Notes: generated from the sequence alone by a model not told the origin. DNA of 64,000 nt from Balanoglossus misakiensis (GCA_040954595.2 CM082576.2:7133129-7197128), one strand, 5' to 3'; positions 50,201 through 64,000 are shown, counted from the stretch's first letter. Made by a program: numbers and translations.

Positions 50201-53200
50201 TCACTTTTTGACAAAAATCATGGGTTATATCTCATGAAAATCATCCAAAAATGACGATTTTTCGACTTTCCAAAATATCAAAATTTCTTCACTTTTTGAC
50301 AAAAATCATGAGTTATAGCTCATGAAAATCATCCAAAAATGACGATTTTTCGACTTTCCGAAATATCAAAATTTCTTCACTTTTTGACAAAAATCATGGG
50401 TTATAGCTCATGAAAATATCCAAAAATGACTATTTTTCGACTTTCCGAAATATCAAAATTTCTTCACTTTTTGACAAAAATCATGGGTTATAGCTCATGA
50501 AAATCATCCAAAAATGACGATTTTTCGGCTTTCCGAAATATCAAAATTTCTTCACTTTTTGACAAAAATCATGGGTTATAGCTCATGAAAATCATCCAAA
50601 AATGACGATTTTTCGACTTTCCGAAATATCAAAATTTCTTCATTTTTTGACAAAAATCATGGGTTATAGCTCATGAAAATCATCCAAAAATGACGATTTT
50701 TCGACTTTCCAAAATATCAAAATTTCTTCACTTTTTGACAAAAATCATGGGTTATAGCTCATGAAAATCATCCAAAAATGACGATTTTTCGACTTTCCGA
50801 AATATCAAAATTTCTTCACTTTTTGACAAAAATCATGGGTTATAGCTCATGAAAATCATACAAATATGACGATTTTTCGACTTTCCAAAATATCAAAATT
50901 TCTTCACTTTTTGACAAAAATCATGGGTTATAGCTCATGAAAATCATCCAAAAATGACGATTTTTCGGCTTTCCAAAATATCAAAATTTCTTCACTTTTT
51001 GACAAAAATCATGGGTTATAGCCCATGAAAATCATCCAAAAATGACGATTTTTCGACTTTCCGAAATATCAAAATTTCTTCACTTTTTGACAAAAATCAT
51101 TGGTTATAGCCCATGAAAATCATCCAAAAATGACGATTTTTCGACTTTCCAAAATATCAAAATTTCTTCACTTTTTGACAAAAATCATGGGTTATAGCTC
51201 ATGAAAATCATCCAAAAATGACGATTTTTCGACTTTCCGAAATATCAAAATTTCTTCACTTTTTGACAAAAATCATGGGTTATAGCTCATGAAAATCATC
51301 CAAAAATGACGATTTTTCGACTTTCCGAAATATCAAAATTTCTTCACTTTTTGACAAAAATCATGGGTTATAGCTCATGAAAATCATGCAAAAATGAAAA
51401 TTTTTCGACTTTCCAAAATATCAAAATTTCTTCACATTTTGGCAAAAATCATGGGTTATAGCTCATGAAAATCATCCAAAAATGACGATTTTTCGACTTT
51501 CCGAAATATCAAAATTTCTTCACTTTTTGACAAAAATCATGGGTTATAGCTCATGAAAATCATCCAAAAATGACGATTTTTCGACTTTCCGAAATATCAA
51601 AATTTCTTCACTTTTTGACAAAAATCATGGGTTATAGCTCATGAAAATCATCCAAAAATGACGATTTTTCGACTTTCCGAAATATCAAAATTTCTTCACT
51701 TTTTGACAAAAATCATGGGTTATAGCTCATGAAAATCATCCAAAATGACGATTTTTCGACTTTCCGAAATATCAAAATTTCTTCACTTTTTGACATAAAT
51801 CATTGGTTATAGCTCATGAAAATCATCCAAAAATGACGATTTTTCGACTTTCCGAAATATCAAAATTTCTTCACTTTTTGACAAAAATCATGAGTTATAG
51901 CTCATGAAAATCATCCAAAAATGACGATTTTTCGACTTTCCGAAATATCAAAATTTCTTCACTTTTTGACAAAAATCATGGGTTATAGCTCATGAAAATC
52001 ATCCAAAAATGACGATTTTTCGACTTTCCGAAATATCAAAATTTCTTCACTTTTTGACAAAAATCATGGGTTATAGCTCATGAAAATCATCCAAAATGAC
52101 GATTTTTCGACTTTCCGAAATATCAAAATTTCTTCACTTTTTGGCCAAAATCATGGGTTATAGCTCATGAAAATCATCCAAAAATGACGATTTTTCGACT
52201 TTCCGAAATATCAAAATTTCTTCACTTTTTGACAAAAATCATGGGTTATAGCTCATGAAAATCATCCAAAAATGACGATTTTTCGACTTTCCAAAATATC
52301 AAAATTTCTTCACTTTTTGACAAAAATCATGGGTTATAGCTCATGAAAATCATCCAAAAATGACGATTTTTCGACTTTCCGAAATATCAAAATTTCTTCA
52401 TATTTTGGCCAAAATCATGGGTTATAGCTCATGAAAATCATCCAAAAATGACGATTTTTCGACTTTCCGAAATATCAAAATTTCTTCACTTTTTGACAAA
52501 AATCATGGGTTATAGCTCATGAAAATCATCCAAAAATGACGATTTTTCGACTTTCCGAAATACCAAAATTTCTTCACTTTTTGACAAAAATCATGGGTTA
52601 TAGCTCATGAAAATCATCCAAAAATGACGATTTTTCGACTTTCCAAAATATCAAAATTTCTTCACTTTTTGACAAAAATCATGGGTTATAGCTCATGAAA
52701 ATCATCCAAAAATGACGATTTTTCGACTTTCCGAAATATCAAAATTTCTTCATATTTTGGCAAAAATCATGGGTTATAGCTCATGAAAATCATCCAAAAA
52801 TGACGATTTTTCGACTTTCCGAAATATCAAAATTTCTTCATATTTTGGCCAAAATCATGGGTTATAGCTCATGAAAATCATCCAAAAATGACGATTTTTC
52901 GACTTTCCGAAATATCAAAATTTCTTCACTTTTTGACAAAAATCATGGGTTATAGCTCATGAAAATCATCCAAAAATGACGATTTTTCGACTTTCCGAAA
53001 TACCAAAATTTCTTCACTTTTTTACAAAAATCATGGGTTATAGCTCATGAAAATCATCCAAAAATGACGATTTTTCGACTTTCCAAAATATCAAAATTTC
53101 TTCACTTTTTGACAAAAATCATGGGTTATAGCTCATGAAAATCATCCAAAAATGACGATTTTTCGACTTTCCGAAATATTAAAATTTCTTCACTTTTTGA

Positions 53201-56200
53201 CAAAAATCATGGGTTATAGCTCATGAAAATCATCCAAAAATGACGATTTTTCGACTTTCCGAAATATCAAAATTTCTTCACTTTTTGACAAAAATCATGG
53301 GTTATAGCTCATGAAAATCATCCAAAAATGACGATTTTTCGACTTTCCGAAATATCAAAATTTCTTCACTTTTTGACAAAAATCATGGGTTATAGCTCAT
53401 GAAAATCATCCAAAAATGACGATTTTTCGACTTTCCGAAATATCAAAATTTCTTCACTTTTTGACAAAAATCATGAGTTATAGCTCATGAAAATCATCCA
53501 AAAATGACGATTTTTCGACTTTCCGAAATATCAAAATTTCTTCACTTTTTGACAAAAATCATGGGTTATATCTCATGAAAATCATCCAAAAATGACGATT
53601 TTTCGACTTTCCGAAATATCAAAATTTCTTCACTTTTTGACAAAAATCATGGGTTATAGCTCATGAAAATCATCCAAAATGACGATTTTTCGACTTTCCG
53701 AAATATCAAAATTTCTTCACTTTTTGGCCAAAATCATGGGTTATAGCTCATGAAAATCATCCAAAAATGACGATTTTTCGACTTTCCGAAATATCAAAAT
53801 TTCTTCACTTTTTGACAAAAATCATGGGTTATAGCTCATGAAAATCATCCAAAAATGACGATTTTTCGACTTTCCAAAATATCAAAATTTCTTCACTTTT
53901 TGACAAAAATCATGGGTTATAGCTCATGAAAATCATCCAAAAATGACGATTTTTCGACTTTCCGAAATTTCAAAATTTCTTCATATTTTGGCCAAAATCA
54001 TGGGTTAAAGCTCATGAAAATCATCCAAAAATGACGATTTTTCGACTTTCCGAAATATCAAAATTTCTTCACTTTTTGACAAAAATCATGGGTTATAGCT
54101 CATGAAAATCATCCAAAAATGACGATTTTTCGACTTTCCGAAATACCAAAATTTCTTCACTTTTTGACAAAAATCATGGGTTATAGCTCATGAAAATCAT
54201 CCAAAAATGACGATTTTTCGACTTTCCAAAATATCAAAATTTCTTCACTTTTTGACAAAAATCATGGGTTATAGCTCATGAAAATCATCCAAAAATGACG
54301 ATTTTTCGACTTTCCGAAATATCAAAATTTCTTCATATTTTGGCAAAAATCATGGGTTATAGCTCATGAAAATCATCCAAAAATGAAAATTTTTCGACTT
54401 TCCAAAATATCAAAATTTCTTCATATTTTGGCAAAAATCATGGGTTATAGCTCATGAAAATCATCCAAAAATGACGATTTTTCGACCTTCCGAAATATCA
54501 AAATTTCTTCACTTTTTGACAAAAATCATGGATTATAGCTCATGAAAATCGTCCAAAAATGACGATTTTTCGACTTTCCGAAATATCAAAATTTCTTCAC
54601 TTTTTGACAAAAATCATGGGTTATAGCTCATGAAAATCATCCAAAAATGACAATTTTTCGACTTTCCAAAATATCAAAATTTCTTCACTTTTTGACAAAA
54701 ATCATGGGTTATAGCTCATGAAAATCATCCAAAAATGACGATTTTTCGACCTTCCGAAATATCAAAATTTCTTCACTTTTTGACAAAAATCATGGGTTAT
54801 AGCTCATGAAAATCATCCAAAAATGACGATTTTTCGACTTTCCGAAATATCAAAATTTCTTCACTTTTTGACAAAAATCATGGGTTATAGCTCATGAAAA
54901 TCATCCAAAAATGACGATTTTTCGACTTTCCGAAATATCAAAATTTCTTCACTTTTTGACAAAAATCATGGGTTATAGCTCATGAAAATCATCCAAAAAT
55001 GACGATTTTTCGACTTTCCGAAATATCAAAATTTCTTCACTTTTTGACAAAAATCATGGGTTATAGCTCATGAAAATCATCCAAAAATGACGATTTTTCG
55101 ACTTTCCGAAATATCAAAATTTCTTCATATTTTGGCCAAAATCATGTTATAGCTCATGAAAATCATCCAAAAATGACAATTTTTCGACTTTCCAAAATAT
55201 CAAAATTTCTTCATATTTTGGCAAAAATCATGGGTTATAGCTCATGAAAATCATCCAAAAATGACGATTTTTCGACCTTCCGAAATATCAAAATTTCTTC
55301 ACTTTTTGACAAAAATCATGGGTTATAGCTCATGAAAATCATCCAAAAATGACGATTTTTCGACTTTCCGAAATATCAAAATTTCTTCACTTTTTGACAA
55401 AAATCATTGGTTATAGCTCATGAAAATCATACAAAAATGACGATTTTTCGACTTTCCGAAATATCAAAATTTCTTCATATTTTGGCAAAAATCATGGGTT
55501 ATAGCTCATGAAAATCATCCAAAAATGACGATTTTTCGACATTCCGAAATATCCAAATTTCTTCACTTTTTGACAAAAATCATGGGTTATAGCTCATGAA
55601 AATCATCCAAAAATGACGATTTTTCGACTTTCCGAAATATCAAAATTTCTTCACTTTTTGACAAAAATCATGGGTTATAGCTCATGAAAATCATCCAAAA
55701 ATGACGATTTTTCGACTTTCCGAAATATCAAAATTTCTTCACTTTTTGACAAAAATCATGGGTTATAGCTCATGAAAATCATCCAAAAATGACGATTTTT
55801 CGACTTTCCGAAATATCAAATTTTCTTCACTTTTTGACAAAAATTATGGGTTATAGCACATGAAAATCATCCAAAAATGACGATTTTTCGACTTTCCGAA
55901 ATATCAAAATTTCTTCACTTTTTGACAAAAATCATGGGTTATAGCTCATGAAAATCATCCAAAAATGACGATTTTTTGTCTTTCCGAAATATCAAAATTT
56001 CTTCATATTTTGGCAAAAATCATGGGTTATAGCTCATGAAAATCATCCAAAAATGACGATTTTTCGACTTTCCGAAATATCAAAATTTTTTCATATTTTG
56101 AAAAAAATCATGGGTTATATATGGTGATTTTGTCGTTTTTGGACTCTTTTCATGGGTTATAGCTCATTAAAATGACAAATTCTCGACTTTGGGAATTCTG

Positions 56201-56386
56201 GTGATTTTGTCATTTTTGGACACTTTTCATGGGTTATAGCTCATTAAAATGACAAATTCTTGACTTTGGGAATTTTTGGTGATTTTGTCATTTTTGGACA
56301 CTTTTCATGGGTTATTGCTCATTAAAATGACAAATTCTCGACTTTGGGAATTTTGGTGATTTTGTCATTTTTGGACACTTTTTCAT
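47283..56386. repeat. Satellite DNA array: ~100 copies of an 88-bp monomer (~47317-56120) flanked by related ~77-bp units
   Basis: Monomer GGGTTATAGCTCATGAAAATCATCCAAAAATGACGATTTTTCGACTTTCCGAAATATCAAAATTTCTTCACTTTTTGACAAAAATCAT; period checked at 48551, 48639 and 48991. The 77-78-bp units start at 56123, 56200, 56278 and 56355, with a partial unit at ~47289. Confidence 0.98.
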
Positions 56387-59300
56387 ATGTTAGCCTATAG
56401 GAGTCCCAAATCGAGCTAACAGCCAAATGACTCGGCATAGATTCAGTTTGTCATTTACATCACACTGTTCACAAACACCGCGGAGAGAGTCACTCCTCGA
56501 CGCTAATCACTGTGCGTGGATTGTTCATTTGATGTATTTGTCAGTTTGTTGCACGGGGAAAAAATTCAATAAACAGAGATCCGCGATCAAAGATTGCCGT
56601 TTTTTTCTGACTTAAAAGGTTACATTTGGATTACGAAGGAAACCGACTCCCGCGTCACCGCTCGCGGCCATGCAAATTCCTGCTCTAAACGGCCTTGTCT
56701 CTGTAGACGGGAAATTGTGTGACCTCGGACGCGACATCAATAATTTGAATTGACAAGAAAATCGTCCAGGAGAGTATGCACAACCGTTGCCCCCAAGGTG
56801 TCCTGGAGTTTTTAAATTGTCTGCGCTCAGTCGTGTATCTTAACTAGCCAATTAATATGGTCTGCATTTGCTTGCTTGTTAGTAGTCAACGCATGCGATA
56901 TTGGAAAGAAATTTACCGTTAACTAAAGGCAATTGACTGGTGTGTGTTTTTTCGTTAGTCTGTTTGCGTCATCCACAATTTCGAGTCGATGTGCTGTCCT
57001 GTAGGAAAAATAAACTAACGCAAAAAAATAAAATAACCCGAAGCAATATAAATAATGGATAGCCACATTACACGGTATACCATGAAAGTCTTGGAGCAGT
57101 CAATAGTGTTATTCGTAGTAATTCACTGCGACCGTGACTCGAGCGAAAGATGATTAGTATCCTTAGTAAATCTCGGATTTTGCTGGAAGTGTTTGTTCTG
57201 TTTATGCCCTTCGAATTCCGAAACTGCTTCACGAATATCGTGCGAACAATCGGGTCATCGACATCGTCTACATTTTCGCTCTGAGTGATCAATTGTTGAC
57301 ACGTGTTGCGAACAGCTGCGAAAGTTCCTTTAAGTGACTATCTTCTCGCCGACGGCGGCGAAGGCAGACTACGACACACAACCGAGAGTATTCCAGGCAT
57401 TTGGCTGAAACTTCAACAGATGGCGATGATAGTCGACGGTTGCAAATAATATAAACAACCGACGATTTTCATCGCAAAGTACATTGTGCTGAATGCACCA
57501 TTTGATTTTTTTTCTTACACAACGCCCGAAAGTTCCCTAACTCAATATCGTGCCTGTGTTTTCACCCGACCACTAGTCAACCACACAAGACGGCTTATAT
57601 GTCTTGGAAGCAAACGTGACCTTTTCATCACGTCCCTTGGTTCCATTAAAAATTAGCGGTGACGCGACGTGTGTCCGCGAAATTCTCAGTCGGTTGAGTT
57701 TACGATAATCTGCGTATGTGAAGGAGATCAGCCGCTCGTTTCTCCTAGGGTAGCGGTCTAACGCCCCAATAAACCCCACTCGTTAATTATTCAAAGATTC
57801 AGTGCTTTCTAGAAATACTCCCTAAATTAGCTTTACGGTGACTCCGTCTGGCCCATGCTAACACGAGTGACGATCGTTGCCAAGAGAACACGTTCGCCAT
57901 TCTGTGATCCGCAAAAGAGATATTTTAAGGTGTTTCGACGCCACGCGGGTAGAATACGCCATGAGGGCCATTGGAATCCTGTATTAAAAGGAAAAAACAT
58001 ACTCAAGTCTCAACGAATGAGTGCTACTCGGAACGTACGTATCGACAATGTCGACGTCCTCCCATCATGTCGAGTTGAACAGTCCATCGAATCACTGTGG
58101 AACTGACGCCAACGTTTGCGGACAGCTGTCTGTGCGTCATTCGTCTTTGGGCGACATCTCCAAATCCCGCCACATCATCATAGCTCGTCTGTCAATCAAG
58201 CGAATGTTTTCTTGTGAAACATGCATGCAATTTTCGACACGGTCAGTGACCCCGCAGTTATTACATCAACTTCGCCAGCCTAGCGTCGTCTCTCTCTCTC
58301 CCTCGTTTTATTAAATTTTCTTCGGTAAAACTGTTGGCAAATCCCACCTTTAAAAGAAGTGTATATATGTAGGGTATGCAATACCCCCCCCCCCTCCATC
58401 AAGATATAAAAAAACTGAGCATGCGCTGTTTTTCTCTCATCTGAGCCATCACTAATGAAATGTTTGTAATGTTTGTATCATGCATCATCATTAATTTCTC
58501 GGTTTGTACCCATTAAGGACATCCGTTTAAGACCCATTTGCAATACTGATGATATCTGAATCTTGAGTATAGACGCACAATACTGGGTGACTGTTTTAAA
58601 AAAAACGAGCATGTCTATGTCTCTACAGTCAACAGCAGACGAGATATCATGTTATGTGACATTCGCACATACTTGTTTTTATGGAACAACTCTGTGTTCA
58701 GACATCGATCCAATCCAGAACACGAACTGTATATAGGGAGACGGCTGAGTATCTTCACCTTCAACCATTTCCCTGGTGGCCCCGCCAAATCGATTATCAC
58801 TTTCCAAATACCGTTGATATTCTATGAATTAACGCGAGCAAGACGGGAGCGATAGGAGAGGTAATTCGTTTTAGTTTAATCCATTCCCTTGGCCATATAA
58901 GCTTTACAATCTGAACTGAATTTAATTAACATTGGGTTTAAGGCGGTTTGTTCAATCGTCTCAGGTTTGACTGGTTGACCCGAGTCAGATTGAAATTAAT
59001 ACTTAATCGCCAGGTTCGTTGTTGTTTTGCTTTGTTGTTTAAACGAGTTTGTGATACTATTACCTTCTCAAACAATACAATTTGTTACGCTGCGTTTATT
59101 TCCCCTTGGAACTGTACTGTCAAACTCATGGTTTCAGTTGGAACTAAGAAACAGCTGACACAAAGAAACGACCCCCTCAACAGGCTTAATCCACTGTATT
59201 TCTGAAATGTCATTCTGAAACCAAGCGACAGCTGAGATCTGGGAAAGCCGAGAATTTAATGCAGGGTGCGTCAAACATTAAAACCGATCTGCCAATGTAG

Positions 59301-59504
59301 CTTATAGCTTTCAGCGGGGAGCATATAAAGCGAGCGAGGCTCTTCAATAGCTACTGAGAGAGACCACGCAAAGAGCTGACGGCATAAAGTATAGTGGGGG
59401 GGGGGATTTCAAGATACAATTGCTGCTGTAAAAAGGAAATCACGGAGTAATGGGGTTGACGTTACATTAAAGTCATCAATGTCTGGTAATGTGGAGAATC
59501 ATAA

Positions 59505-59709
59505 GGGACTGGTCAGTTTCTCCGGCCTGGGGGAGGGGGGGTTGGATTCAGGAGGGGGAGGTCACCCTGTTTTGGAATTGGGTGATGGGGGTGTCACCGG
59601 GGGTCACCCACTTTTCTATGTTCACGGGTGGTGTCCGTCACTTTTGGATATCCACAAAAAAGAGACCACCGCCCCATCCACCCCCTCGCCGAAGAAACTG
59701 ATCAGTCCC
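59505..59709. mobile_element. PIF/Harbinger (Tourist-like) MITE, 205 bp, TAA target-site duplication
   Basis: Terminal inverted repeats GGGACTGGTCAGTTTCTCCGGC / GCCGAAGAAACTGATCAGTCCC; TAA at 59502-59504 and 59710-59712; G-rich left arm and C-rich right arm. Confidence 0.85.
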
Positions 59710-61829
59710 TAATAGATGAACTCGGCGGAAGGCGAGTTAATATGACGAGTGACAGTTTTGATAAAAACAAACGCAAAGCATCCTTTGCCTAGTAAAAAAT
59801 TCATTACGTCCCAAATTTCCACGGACGGCGAGAAACGACTTATATTGGATTTTGATGGGCGAGAAGACTCTTCAGGAAGGGCGTGAAATTAGCGGAAGCA
59901 AGGTTACGGGAATTCGATCAGGCCGTACAGCCGAGTGCTCAGCGACAAAGTCGCCATTTTCTTTCGAAATCCACTGCTTTGCAGAAGCACGGTCCCAAGT
60001 GTAACGTTCAAGTTAAAGGTTCGATACCACTAGAGACGTGCTATCAACACCCTCGCACAAACCTTTTCACCGTGTGCTTTTAGCAACATTTGCTCATTTG
60101 TAGCTCGTTTCCGCTTTCAATTATTTTATTAGCCGTAAGATTCGACCAGCCGCAAAAGCCTCATCCTCATCCTCAGATGACGGTTCATTTGTCTTTAAAC
60201 GTGCGGCGTTCCCATTAAAATCTAGAGCGCGAAGCTCTTATTAAATTATAGAACACGAGCCAATGCCTGCGAGTCTACTATTTCGTCAGTGACCTGTCTG
60301 TGTGTCAGAAACTACTTAAATCCAACTTATATTGAGGGGCATGCACATATGCAGATGTTGTAAAGTATGTACAGTATTCACATTCATCTGACCCTCTGCG
60401 TACCTTTATAGCTCTACTCCCACCTGCGTTTTCACCGAGAACAGACGTGATCGAAATTTCGGCTTACAATTTCTTTTGGACGAGAAGATGACACGAGGAG
60501 AAAATAGAATCACTGTATGTGATCTGCATTCTGTTCGCGTGTTGTTGCCGGGAGACGGTGACAATTACACGCTTCGACCTCGGGGTTATCTCAATTTTCA
60601 CCATCCTTACCTTGTGATTAACTGTATACTGACGCTCTGTACAAAACCAACTTGAAACAGTCGGTAACATGACGTTCGTCGGGGCGAGTCGGCGATCCTT
60701 TATTCGATACCGCAATCGATGATCTCGCTGTAATATTTCTCCAGAGCGCTGTGGAAAGTTTTCAGATTTTTTGTGATTTGCGGAAGTCTTACTTTACCTC
60801 ACTGATTCCCCCCTCGAGATATTCGATCATTTCTTAGGTGTAACTCACCATATAGTGCAGATTGGTCGTTTTATGACCACAGTTGCATAGCAATATTGGC
60901 ACGAACGGCGGTCGCCGAATCCATACAGCGGAATGTCTAGCACGGAGTCCGGCGTCACAGTACGAGCAAACACTGCAATGCATCTGTCAGTTTTCTCCCG
61001 ATGATACTCGGAGATCCATTCAACATTCATTTACTTACGCGACATATTTGTACAATCGTCTCTTTTTTATATTCTTTTTCAGTTTTCTTCTTGCAAGTAG
61101 TGGGTTTACCGACTATGGCCAGGGGGCCACCTCTCTACTACTATACAAACACCACCCACCCTCGCATGTGACAAGATGAAGCAGCCACCGGTTACTCTGA
61201 CAACCTACTGATTCCAACGGCACCTGTATGGGACTTATCGACAGATTTCTCAGGCGAATCAGATTATTTACAGACAAGATGAAGTACGCTCCGAAACGGT
61301 GGAGGAAGGTGAGTAGTCCTCTCTCGAAACGGTTCTAAAAATGAAAGTGCGCGGAGTTGAACCCAGTTGGCGACAAACCCGTCTCTAAGGAGGAATGCTA
61401 CGAAGGTGTAGAGGCTGATTAAACGGTTACCGATACCTTCTACCACACATTGCTAATGCTGCAATATAACTCGTTTACATTCATTTTAACCAACAATAAT
61501 TAGTTTAAGTGTCCAGATCTTGTTTTCCACATGACGATTTAGCTCAACACAGAGCTTAGCGATTTTTTATTCCTAATCTTGCAGTGGTCCATTTCGAATG
61601 ATTTTATTCTATAAAGCTGTCCCCATGTTTTGATCATGGAAATCCAGGATAGTCCTGTGAGCTTGTTTTCTTGTAGTATTCCTCCTTGGAGATTCTCTTT
61701 TTAATGTATAAATGGACATAAACTACGACAATGTAGGTTTAGTTAGGAAATAACATATAGGTGCATTAGGTAGGGAAATTGCAGGATGACGATCGCGTTA
61801 TTAATACTATACATAAATAATTGTAATGA

Positions 61830-62260
61830 AGCCATAGTATAATGTAATTTAATGTAATGCAGTGTAATGTAGTGTAAAATACTTTAATGTAGTGTGTAGT
61901 GTAGGTAATTTTGTGTTGTGCTGTGTTGTGTGATAATTCAGTGTAGTGTAAAGTAGTGTAGCGTAGTAAAGTGTGGTTTTATGTAGCATGCGGCAATGAA
62001 TTGAGATCTAGAGCGGCGTACTTTACTGGCAGAATTGAATGGTAGAGTTATGCAGTGTAGCACGTGCCGTGCAGAGCAGTGTAGTGTAGTCTAGTGCTGT
62101 GTAGTAACTGTATGCAGCGACGAGTTGAGATCTAGAGCAGATTAGTTTGTATTCCAGAAGCAAAAAATTGAATGGCAGTATAGTATAGTATAGTGTAATG
62201 TATTATTATGTGGTGTTGTGTCTTGTAGTATTGTAGTGTAGTGTAGTATAGTATAGTCGA
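61830..62260. repeat. Degenerate (GTGTA/GTATA)n pentamer simple repeat with an internal duplication
   Basis: Interrupted gtgta/gtata runs; TTGAGATCTAGAGC...AATTGAATGG occurs twice (~62001 and ~62125). Confidence 0.75.
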
Positions 62261-62619
62261 TATATCCAGGTAATCTAACGTTCGCTGATATCAAATCTCT
62301 CCTAATCTAGCCCACGTGAAAACGACATTACACTCGGAAAACCTCAGAACACGTGCGTTCATAAAAAAACTTCCGTTGAGGTCGCTCTGTCACTATATGC
62401 TCCGATCGCCGACTCGATTCCGTTTCTTGCAATTGCTTACCCGACAGCGCAACTTGACTTGGCGCATACATGTATGTGGCCCTCAGTCGGGCAATGCGCA
62501 ATTTATGTTGTCCATGTAAAAAACTATACTGGTGGCGCTAACTGTGCTTTCACCGCGTCGGTTGGTTTCTTCTTTGGGTATGGCAGTTCTATCACAGAAC
62601 ATATATACCTTATACTTGT

Positions 62620-62950
62620 ACATTATGTAGTTTACCGGCAGTTTACATCAATTTCGCCGGTTACACTGTTAATAACACTGAGGTTTGTCGTTCATGCTCT
62701 CACACCAAGTATTGGATGACAAATAATAAACTAGCTTGATGATGATAAAACCGACGTCACCGTGAATGGTTCAATATCCTGCCTCTCACCCGTTCCCATC
62801 GGAAAGGCGAAAATTGGTTTTCGTTCTCATTTCATCGGAGTGACCTTCTAGGATAATCACATGTTCAATCAACACATAGTGTCCATTTGCAAATTTATCC
62901 ACATTAATCTCCGCTGGATTGGATCAGTCAGTAAACAACTCTATCTCCTA
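62620..62950 (+). mobile_element. Decayed L2/CR1-group LINE fragment (RT C-terminal region)
   Basis: Reads WMTNNKL-LDDDKTDVTVNGS (cf. WM..N.LKLN.DKTE...IGS) and IGVTF*DNHMFNQHIVSICKFIHINLRWIGSVSKQL (cf. LGV.FD..L.F..HI..ICK....LR.I..IR.YL), with a stop and a frameshift. Confidence 0.75.
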
Positions 62951-63098
62951 CATGTAAACGCAAAGAGACGCCTGTGACAGAAATAAGTTAGAGAAACAAG
63001 AACAGCTAATATTAATATGTGATCATTGTGTAAACAAGAAGACAACAACAACAACAACAGTTATTGTCATTATATTATCATTTAGAAACAAAAACACG

Positions 63099-63261
<163 letters not shown>

Positions 63262-64000
63262 GTTCATAAATTAATGACCAGTAATTAATTAACTAATTTT
63301 TAACCGACTTAATCTGTTATTCCCACGGGAAATCGAATTCCCGTTAATTTAAGATCAAACTAATCCGAGCTTTGTTCTCCCGAAGGCCAAGGTCAGTAAT
63401 AATTTAATGGTGAATTATAGGCGCTGTATACAGATGACAAATCATCAATCGGGTCACTGACCCTGAAAAGGGATGAGCATGAAATGAGAAACATTATTAT
63501 CGGATGAAGACGCGTTGAAATTTATCTAGTATCGTTCAGCAAATGCCGGACATAACAAGTGGAAGTTTGCTACCGTCAGGAACATGACACAGAAATTCAG
63601 AAATACAGGTGTTGTACATTGAAAAGCTGCAGTGCCAACGGAAATCGGAAATAATCATGCAGTATCGCGTGTTCACACAGATTCTGGCACAAGAGGGCGT
63701 TGTTCGACTAAAATATGGGAACCATTTTGCAGATTATCATATGACAAGGCAGTCGACAATGTCACATCTTGAGACTATTTTTAACGTTTTCATTGAATAT
63801 TAATCGGAAACATTTGGAAACAACATCTGGAGTTTGAACTTCGCTCTTTTCATTTGTTCCACAATTACTCATAATCGACGAAAAATTAAGACACACGATC
63901 TTTAGTAATTTGACATCTCTAAGAATAAAAAAAACAGTATATCTTCAAAGCGAATTGGTAAATTTCCGGCATAGGGATGATGGGATGTTGGGTTAAAATC

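Noticed and set aside
47283-56386. CRISPR array or repeat-protein ORF
   Set aside because: Head-to-tail near-identical monomers with no unique spacers and no cas genes; eukaryotic context; frames are interrupted by stops.

Overview
Eukaryotic, intron-containing invertebrate-animal-like genomic DNA; no prokaryotic features. The first 22 kb hold a tandem + strand cluster of two-pore-domain K+ channel (K2P/KCNK, TREK/TALK-like) genes. These are followed by a complete 9-exon WDR74/Nsa1 gene (22.6-25.6 kb) and a gene with a single coding exon for an uncharacterised coiled-coil protein (30.5-31.6 kb). The remaining ~32 kb is largely non-coding and contains two decayed CR1-group LINE fragments, a PIF/Harbinger-type MITE, microsatellites and a ~9 kb array of an 88-bp satellite with internal block duplications. 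The main finding is in the middle K2P locus. It has only one first coding exon (M1-cap-P1, ending inside the TIG|YG selectivity filter) but two complete, divergent, frame-compatible downstream channel bodies: a single intronless exon at 14340-15181 and a canonical two-exon body at 16436-17458. This implies alternative last-exon splicing that swaps about two-thirds of the channel at the filter glycine. All gene models were inferred by eye from splice consensus and reading-frame continuity; no transcript or database evidence was available.
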